44,362 bases of DNA, taken from the NCBI GenBank assembly GCA_002269645.1, contig NIVC01002481.1, forward strand, positions 1 through 44,362, in the 5' to 3' direction. Positions 35,634 through 44,362 of the stretch are shown piece by piece; within the stretch, counting starts at the first letter, position 1, and every line of letters begins with the position of its first letter. A model generated the notes under the pieces. The model ran no database searches, was not told where the DNA came from, and worked only from the letters and a program-made list of their open reading frames with translations. The DNA comes from Macrostomum lignano. Its lineage: Eukaryota. Both the position numbers and the translations under genes were made by a program.

Positions 35634-38600
35634 GCTCCGACAGCAAGCCGCCACTGGGGCTGAGCTGCTCCGTCAGACATTCATCAAGGAGAGCCGCTGG
35701 CAGCGAGTGCAGCAGGTAAGTGTCTAATCATCATTCACTTTTGCTTTCTCGCGGGGTCTATTTTCAGGCATGGCCTATTTTCACCGCTCCCGCGGGGCTA
35801 GAATCGGGGAGGCAGTTACCGAGGACTGCGCGCTAACCCGGGAGCGGTGACTCGCATTGATTCTCGATGCCGAGGCTGGGCCAGGCGAGCCCATCGGGCA
35901 GCTAATATGGGCACCGTTGAAGCTGGCAGAGAGGGAGGTGGGAGATGGCGAAAATGAGAGGGCCTGCTAAGAGCCCGGCTCCATTCCAGCGAAGGTGGCG
36001 TGCACTGCTGAAGTGGCCGCCAGTATCGATTGGTTTGTGAGCTGCAAGTTCTGCCCGTTCCCCTGCCCGCCGCCACGCTGCTCCAGGTATAAATCTCTCC
36101 GTAAGTCATTAGGCTCGCACACCATTCAGTCTGTCACTTGACAAGTAGGTAAATGACAGCAGCCACTCTGCGGGACCCACCTGTCACTCACCAACCCCAT
36201 CCACTCCCCACTCAATCTGCAAGTGAAATAGCAATTGAGCAGTCCCACCAGCTGCTCTCGGGTCTTTGCACGCCAATTTGTTGTAGCACCGACAGCAATG
36301 TGGCACTCAAGATGCAGTAGAGTGATTTTCTTTCTTGCCGTTTTAGGTCTCACATCATTATTGGTGTCGCCTCTACCATGTCTCCCAGGTCTAATGTGTA
36401 ATCCAGAGTCAAATGGGCAACTGCACCAGGTTAAGGAAAACAGTGTAGACAGTTGTTACAAACGAAGAAAAAACTTTACAACATACGCCATAGGGGGAGG
36501 AATGATAGCAAATGATCCATTAGAAATGCCTACTGAGTGAGTGGGAATAGTAATGATGACAATACTTTTAGCATCTGTCGCCTCGGGATTCAACCAGTTG
36601 CATAACAAGTTCATTGACATCGCGTACTTTACGTCAGACTTGCCATACGAGCAATTTTAGCTCAGTTTCAACGCCCCCCAATGCGCCACCCCGCAGGAGT
36701 ACGAGAGGACCTATCAGCACAGCGGCTTTCGCATTCGAAACACTTCAGCGGCACAAGAGGTGAAAAATCTGGCCAAGAAGTTAACCCAGGTGGTCAGCAG
36801 AAAGATGCGTGCTATCAAGGTGAGCCGAGACGTTTGATTGGTCCTCCAATATTCTCGAGCTGGTCGCTTCATAATATCCTTCATCGAAATTTGTCTCCAC
36901 TGGTCTGCGGGGCACAAATCGATGTTAGCGAAAGCGGCGTTGGCTTCTCATCTAAAAATGCAAATCTGTCTGAGATTTTGCTGGAGGGCCTTACTGCTCC
37001 GCATTAGTCATTTTACTCCTAGTAAAGTCAAGTTTCAGTATGTGCTACTCTAAAATATGTAGGCTTCAATGTACATTACCAAAGCGTGCACTCGTGCTTA
37101 GTATGTCAAAGCAAAAAAACTGGTCGCGTTAACTCCTCCTAAGCTCAAGGTCCTCCTAAGGTCAAGGCTTCTCCTGAACTGCCTGGGTGGTCAAGACTCC
37201 TGAACTGCTTGAGTGGTCAAGGCCCCTCCTGAACTGCCTGGGTGGTCAAGACTCCTGAACTGCTTGAGTGGTCAAGGCCCCTCCTGAACTGCCTGGGTGG
37301 TCAAGACTCCTGAACTGCTTGAGTGGTCAAGGCCCCTCCTGAACTGTCTGAGTGGTCAAGGCTCTTCCTGAACTGTCTGAGTGGTCAAGGAGGCTCTTCC
37401 TGAACTCTGAGTAGTCAAGGCCCCTCCTGATGTCTGAGTAGTCAAGGTTCCTCCTGATGTCTGAGTAGTCAAGACTCCTCCTGAACTGTCTGAGTAGTCA
37501 AGGCCCCTCCTGATGTCTGAGTAGTCAAGGTTCCTCCTGATGTCTGAGTAGTCAAGACTCCTCCTGAACTGTCTGAGTAGTCAAGGCCCCTCCTGATGTC
37601 TGAGTAGTCAAGGTTCCTCCTGATGTCTGAGTAGTCAAGACTCCTCCTGAACTGTCTGAGTAGTCAAGGCCCCTCCTGATGTCTGAGTAGTCAAGGTTCC
37701 TCCTGATGTCTGAGTAGTCAAGACTCCTCCTGAACTGTCTGAGTAGTCAAGGCCCCTCCTGATGTCTGAGTAGTCAAGGCTCCTGAATTATTCATAAATC
37801 ACTCCATCAGTGAAAATGATCTCACACTGCATGTGAAAGTTTATTAAAGCACATTGATAACCAAAGTCACAGACAGAACTGGCTCCGGTCGGTTGAATGT
37901 AGAATGCAGTCAATTAGTCTGTCTGTAAAAGAGCCCGGAACCAGAGGCGCAGGCCGTTGCTGGGACTGAGGACGAAGAGGCCATTTTGAATATTTAATCA
38001 AAGTGTCCCCGCATCAGAAACGGATGATCACTGAACCGCTGGTCGGCAACTCTGTTGCGAGTAAACCCCATATGGCAAAATTCCAAACAGAAGCGCCTTA
38101 TTAATAAAATAGACCAGAGCCCCACCCAGCTCCGGCCCCTCTCAGGGGAGCCTGGGTCTTCCCTGGTGCCGATGGGGAGCTTGAAATTCAGGCTGCATCG
38201 ATTGAATTAAACTGAGGTTGACGGCCTATTCCCACTCTGCCTTCCGTCCCAGGTCCCCACCTGCCTGCCCCCCACCGGTCTGTCCGCTTGCAAAAGCTTG
38301 TAAGCTCTAAAGCGATGGCGGTAGGCACTTCCACCACAGTCAGCCATCTCCGAAAAGGCTTTCCCTCGTGCTTTTCACATTCTGTATGCTCTCTTTCTCA
38401 TCACACGGTGGTATTCCGTCAGTGTCCAAAGCCACCAAATTAATAATTTAGCTCCGCAAACTGCACTGGAAACGATTTAGATAGACGAGACAAAGAGGAA
38501 TATAAAGTCAGAATATACACCCGAGGTCGGTAATTTGTCTCCCATGGGTGGGAAAACTTCCCTTTCGCCAAGGCTGGGTTTTTCTCAGCACTGCGGAATT

Positions 38601-41600
38601 GTTTTTTTAACTCAGCTGTGCTCCCCGCGGTCTGCAGCAGCCCCACTTTTAATCGCATAATTCACACCTTATATTTATATCTATATTAAAATGACTGCAT
38701 CTACGTAACCCAGCAGTTCTACTCTCGATGCGCTGATAGAATCTAAACAATGGCCACGCATAGGCCACGCCGGGTCAAAGCGCGCCAGGGGAGAGGCACG
38801 ACGCTTTGTTATCCTGGATGTAGAAACGATCAACACGATGATGTCAGTAAGTTGAATTGCTCAGGTGAAGACACTCCACCTGTTGGCCATCCCCCAACAA
38901 CCCCCAGGACTAAGCTGTCAATCAGGAGGGCAGCGAAAGAGAACAACTGCATGCGAGATGACGCTGCAGGCCCGGTAGAGTCCAATTTAGGCTTAGCAGC
39001 TGCTGCAGGTTGGCAGCTGCTCTGCAATTTCTCATCTCTGCATTTCTATTCAACAGCGCGCATTTTCTTTAAGTGCTTTTCACACAATTCCTAGTCAGAG
39101 CAAGGAAATTTGCCCCCCCCCTCGTATCTCTTGTGAATTGCTTCAGTAGCGGTTTGCTGCAACAGAGAATGTGAGAAAGTGAAAGAAAGGAAAAGGGAAA
39201 AACTGGGGATGCTATGTGGCTTGGCTGGGTTGGTTCCAGGGCCTGAGAGTTGAAGAGCAATTCAAGCGCGAGGCACTCAATGAGCTGCTTAGTTCATAGC
39301 TAGTGCGCTGCAGAAACCGAAGAGACAGATCTAGCCATTCCCTCTTCATGTGAAGTTTTTCCAGCCCATACGCATGCAATCTGCAGTCCTATTCAGCCTA
39401 AAACCTTAGCCAGTACGCGCTTCACAGCTTCTAGCACCAGCAAATTCTCACAAAGTTTTCAAATTTTATTTTCGATTTTAAACCTAGTAGTTTTAAACGG
39501 AGTAAGTTTTTGATAATAAATCGGCAATGTACAGAAATTCTTTAGAAATGAACTCCCATCGGGAACTAAGCATCCTAGCAAACAACTATAGGAGGAGGTC
39601 AGCTCTTTGTCGCTATTGATGGATCGAGTGACATTTTTTCTGCGTAAATCCCAGCTTCTCGTCGCCTCTGTTCGTGGTGTTAATCCCTGCCTGTCGACCC
39701 AATTTAGCAGTTCCCAGCCTCTCTTTATCTGCCTCTCCCAAACCGAATGGATGACTGCATAGCCGAGATGGCCGCAGCAATGGATACCCAGAGTATCCGC
39801 ATTGCCTTACCCCACCAAGAATTTGGAATTGGCAGATTTTTTTCACTCCCTTCCCTAACCAAGAAGGGCCTGCAATCCAGCATCTGCAGGGGACAGGAAT
39901 ACGAGTAGAAACTTGTAGAGACGCGGGTGGCAATGCATTGTCTGCTTGCGTGCAAGCATGAGAAGTGTCAGGAGCAAAGGACTCTTCTCACCCTGGCGCT
40001 TTTTCGGAGAATTATGAACTTCTGTGCAACCCACATTTCCGACGCGAATCGACAGCAAAAAATGTTCGGCAATGTTTCAATATTTCCTGTCCAAGTAACC
40101 TCACTGTGAGAAAAAAATTAGTCTGCAACTTGTTCAACCATGTCGGCATGCATTTTTTATTGATCCACAGGAACTGGTTACGTTTGCGGAGAGCGCAGCT
40201 GCTTCCTACATTCCAAATCCGGCCATTGAGGAGAGCCAAGTCTCGTACATAGATGCCAAGCTGGTGGAAGAGTCAGACCCGAGGATGGAGTACGACAGGA
40301 TGTTCCTGCAGAAAGTTGTCAAAAACCAGTCGTCTGTGCACATACCTGTGGAGACTTACAAAGGAGGTGAAGTCCGGATCGGTTGTTAAATAAATTGAAA
40401 GAATTAGGTCGCATTTAGGGCTCAAATTATCGTCTTTTCATGGGGGCGTCTGATTTTCTCGCCGAGGTACCCAGGTATCCAATGGTAAGCAAGCACATGT
40501 ATGTAGGTCTCGCCTCGTCTCATCTCAAAAATTGATCTGCACTTGTCGTGCAACCCCATAATACAGAGAAATTCAAAACTGCTGTACATCGAGTGTGAGT
40601 GCGTTATTGCGTGCGCATTCGCTTTGGGGGTCAGACAAGACTCCCACTAACCAATGCATATTCACTGCACTAACCAATATTGTCTTTCCAAATGACTTGA
40701 ATCATTTATACCGCATAGGATTTCGTACTCGAATAGCCTTTCTGCCATTGACAGTATTCTTCCTCTAATACTTCAGTTATTTAGATTTTTTATTGCCGTG
40801 TACTCCAACTGTGCTCACAGACTTCACAGGCTCACGGAATTCCCGCAGATGTCAAAGTACTGAACGACATTTATTGGTCAAACGAATTGGACAAAGTGTT
40901 CTACTCCAACAAGAGGAAAGATCCGGAGCTGCTGTGGCAGTTCTATGGCTCACAGAACGGCATTTTCAGGATGTTTCCAGGTAAACTTCGTACTTTCGGG
41001 TTTTACGTACAACAACCGAACCTTGTACAATATTTGCCTAACGCAACCTCGCTCGCGCAGGTATGAAGTGGCGCCAGCCGAAAGGTAAAATTGACGTATA
41101 CGATGTCCGACGAAGGCCATGGTGAGTCAACGCAGCTGCTGTTGTCACATTTTTCTATTTCCTTTTTCTATCAGAAACAAGAAGGTAAAAATATTTGCTC
41201 ACGTCAGGTACACTCAGGGGTCTGCCAGTCCCAGGGACGTGCTCTTCATGGTGGACACGTAAGTAATGGCCTTGCAAATTTGAGTTAGCTGAGCTATTGT
41301 AGGAACTGGTTGCGACGAGTGAGCTAGGGTTAGAAAGACATCGCGTCCTGTTCCTGATCGAATTCAGTGTGCGTGGTGCTTGTTACAGACATACACGTAA
41401 GCGTCACATTCAGCATGTCTCCCTTTCAGGAGCGGCTCGATGCACGGCCAAGCCCTGGACTTGACGAAATTGGCCGTGGTCAGCCTGATCAACACTCTGG
41501 GCGAGAACGACTTCGTTGCAGTGGCTCAGGTAGAACGAGCGGTTGAGTCTTGGCTTGAGTCAAGATTAACAAATAGGGAGGAAAGGAACCGCAAATTTCT

Positions 41601-44028
41601 GCAGCTGTTCAAATGAAGGAAGCAGAAATGCTGGCTTCATCTGGACATTTAGCAAATCGCTCAACTGTTGGTTAGTCGTTGGCTCAAAGCAACCAGGCAG
41701 GATGCCTGTCTGTCAAACCTGTCACACTACTGACATGTTAGATTTCCTTCTCCAGCCGCTGTGAGAAGTGGGCAGCGCGGATTAATCTGCCAGGCAAGCC
41801 AGCGAAAGCAACTCAAACGTCTTTCCCGGCCGGTCTGAATTGGATTTTCTTCCAAACAAGATTGCCGCGCTGTCACAAATGCACTTGCAGTCATCCCATC
41901 GTGCCGGCTCATTTTCTCTATTCCTACGGCTGTCTCAAAGCAGAGCTTTCATCAAGATGAGCTTAGTAAATAATTGTAGCGAGACATATCCAAGGATGAA
42001 AAGAACCCGAATACACCTAAAAATTAGCGAAACAAGCCACAAGGCGTGAGGAAAATTACAAAATGCATCAACAAAGCTAGATGGGAAACCAAGAAAGCTA
42101 GGATAACATAAGCGCCAGGTGCTTTCATTTCAAGTGCTCTTCCAATTTTCTTGAATATTCCTAGAAGGTAATTTCAAGCATTCTCAAGTTTTCTCGTTAA
42201 GGCCCGAAAAATAATGACATTTCATCGTGCAGCGCTGCCTTGTGGGTGACGCTAGCTAGTTAAGCTAGGTAACTAACCACTGTCAACTCTGCTTAACTTG
42301 CAGCTGAATGCACTAACCTACTCGGCTAGCCACCCCTATCTATTGATACATGGCAGAACAGAACACAAGTTTTCAGTCCACTTGATCAACGACTTACCAA
42401 CGACCTTTGTCCTCGCAGTATCCAGGCAGGCAAGTGACCACGGACCACACGGCCAAACCGCACCTACTTCGGGACGCTGTGCCGGAGGAATCCAAATCTA
42501 ACGGCACCTGCTTCAGGTCGTTTGTTCAAGCTACAAAGCGCAATAAAGACGTAAGTGTCAACTGGAATTTAGTTATGAGTAATCGAATAACGAGTCAAAA
42601 CCTCTGAGGCCTCTAGTTGCTATGCATCAATTTCAGCGTCTATTCGCACAGATTAACGACCTCAGTGCCTATGGAATCGTGAATTTCTACGAGGCAATTG
42701 ATTTCGCCTACAGCATGTTTGAAGAGGTGAGCGTGATCACGCGCTCAGGTGCGCGCCAATTCTGGTCTTATGTAACAATTCTTTAATTACTCTATGACTG
42801 ATAGAGCTTCTGCCAATCATATTTCAGTTCTATAAAGCTCCCGTCAACAACCATGGAGCTCTGTGCAACAGCATGATCATGATATTCACTGACGGCGATG
42901 TGAGCGACAGCATGGACGAGACCCGGCAGCTCATCAGGACCTGGAGAAACAGGAGCGCACTTTTAGACAAGGTATGGATAGACTATAGTGCCTTTGGGTT
43001 TCTCGTTGTTATTTGCAGTATAAGCCGTAGAATATGCCTGGCATTTGTCACTTGACACTTAGGCACCTTCCCAGTCAATAATGTTTTTTCTGTGTACATT
43101 CGAGAGTACACAATTGTCTTTGTGGAACAGAGCCCTATTCAACAGCCTCAATCCCGACCATGCAAGCAGAGAAATGATCATCAGTCAAGGTCAATAGTGG
43201 CTACTGCAGGCTGTAGTGTTTACTGAAATCTCTGGCCCAGTGCAGGCATTCCTGTCGCGCCTCGTGTAAACAGCAGCAACCAGTGTTTGGCAACTACATG
43301 TATAGCTCGCCTGTTACTTGAGCCACTTTCACTTCAGAGTACGCTTGTAGAAGAGTAAAACACGGAGTTAGCGGAAAAGCCGGCTCAGCACCAGCCGCTT
43401 CCCCGTGACTGAGTCGGGGAAAGTATCCAGCGAATTTCTTCCCTCGCATAAGTAGGTATACAGCAGAAACAGCAAGATAATAGCGGCTTCCTGCCGAGCC
43501 TCTGTGATCCTTTGCTTCAGCAACTCCCAGCGGGAATTATAGCGCTGGCCATCTCAGAGTCCAATTCCGACTAGCGGATTCCCACCGCGCTTCATTATTT
43601 TTCTATTTCCCTGCCTCTCCCCCCAGATCCGAATCTTCACCTACTCGGTCGGGCAGCATCAAAATCCCACGGAGCCACTGCTGGAAGTCGCCTGCAGCAA
43701 TCGCGGTGAGCAAAACCAGCGGCTTAGTTAATACTCTTGGCGGAGAGCGAGCTGGGCAAGCGATGATGAGCATTCTTGTCTCAATTTTCTTCTTCCATCT
43801 CGCTGCTTTACGAAATCAATCATTGGAGCAGGTTTTATCGCTGCTCGGCAAGCTGCCGCCTCACTTTCGCGCACTCTGCTCATCTTTTTCATTATCGGTT
43901 TTTACTGAGAGCAGTCGAATGTCCAGCATGTTTTACGAGGGCTTGAGTTTTAAATAAGCTTCATCGCAATCTTTTCAGGTTACTTCGCCGAAATCCCGGC
44001 CATGGGAGCCGTCACCAGTCAAGTTGAG
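35634..44028 (+). CDS. CACNA2D: Voltage-gated calcium channel alpha2/delta subunit, 5' portion (VWA_N/dCache start and VWA); first exon not located, 3' end beyond the window
   Basis: Phase-consistent exons 35634-35715, 36697-36819, 40171-40366, 40849-40980, 41061-41121, 41208-41258, 41430-41529, 42419-42550, 42637-42726, 42828-42971, 43627-43705, 43979-44028. Peptides: [101 protein letters not shown]. The 35634 exon is less certain. Symbol is family-level. Confidence 0.93.
37140..37790. repeat. 26-31 bp minisatellite (CCTGAACTGYYTGAGTRGTCAAGGCCCCT-like) with higher-order periodicity, in an alpha2delta intron
   Basis: 55 bp dimer period (37181, 37236, 37291) followed by an 83 bp trimer period (37471, 37554, 37637, 37720). 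Confidence 0.95.
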
Positions 44029-44362
44029 GTGATTAACTTGAATGCGGATGCTTTAAGGACAATATTGATTGCCTTCATGTGCGCTCTGAGACTGAGACAC
44101 TTCTGAGTTAGGGATCATATAGACCCTATAGATAATTATATGAGGCAGTGGCTAGAGTTACCAAATTCGATCGCGTTTCTGAGGCGACCGAGGATGAGTT
44201 GGAAACAGCTTCGATCCAATAAAACAAATGGAAAACATTTTTATAGCAGTCTAGTTGAGTAAGGGGCAATTTTAGCCCAAGTTTATCACTCACTCTCGCA
44301 ATGGCTCGTGATTGTAGATTTAGCCTATGCGTAGGTAATCAGTTATGCCTCATTGGAGGGAT

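Noticed and set aside
35816-36109. GC-rich minus-strand ORFs in an alpha2delta intron (possible nested gene)
   Set aside because: No recognisable motif in any frame and no supported splice structure.
39613-39955. WIAGPSWL, reminiscent of the WWxGPxWL motif of BEL/Pao retrotransposons
   Set aside because: No preceding NPAD motif, no RT or integrase sequence and no LTRs; likely chance.

Overview
Repeat-rich eukaryotic (animal) DNA with GT-AG introns. Long (GACA)n/(ACTT)n/(CTAT)n arrays, GC-rich exons and the gene types suggest a free-living flatworm such as Macrostomum; this is inference only. Five genes can be rebuilt by hand with phase-consistent splice junctions: a 6-exon secreted pancreatic-lipase-family enzyme (+, 2236-6466), a bestrophin anion channel (+, 7757-14696), a 2-exon orphan rhodopsin-like GPCR (-, 18185-19388), a nearly intronless M1 aminopeptidase N (+, 22723-25916), and the 5' part of a calcium-channel alpha2/delta subunit (+, 35634 to beyond the window). 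The first exon of a second, frameshifted bestrophin lies at 934-1263 (-). Introns and spacers hold about a dozen tandem arrays, an internally deleted IS630/Tc1-like DNA transposon, two copies of a tRNA-derived SINE and a possible LINE 3' remnant. No CRISPR array, rRNA or intact tRNA was found, and I see no convincing wholly new system. The most interesting leads are the structurally divergent bestrophin, the alpha2delta motif combination, the mobile elements and the satellite architecture. One-base deletions in conserved exons may be long-read assembly errors.
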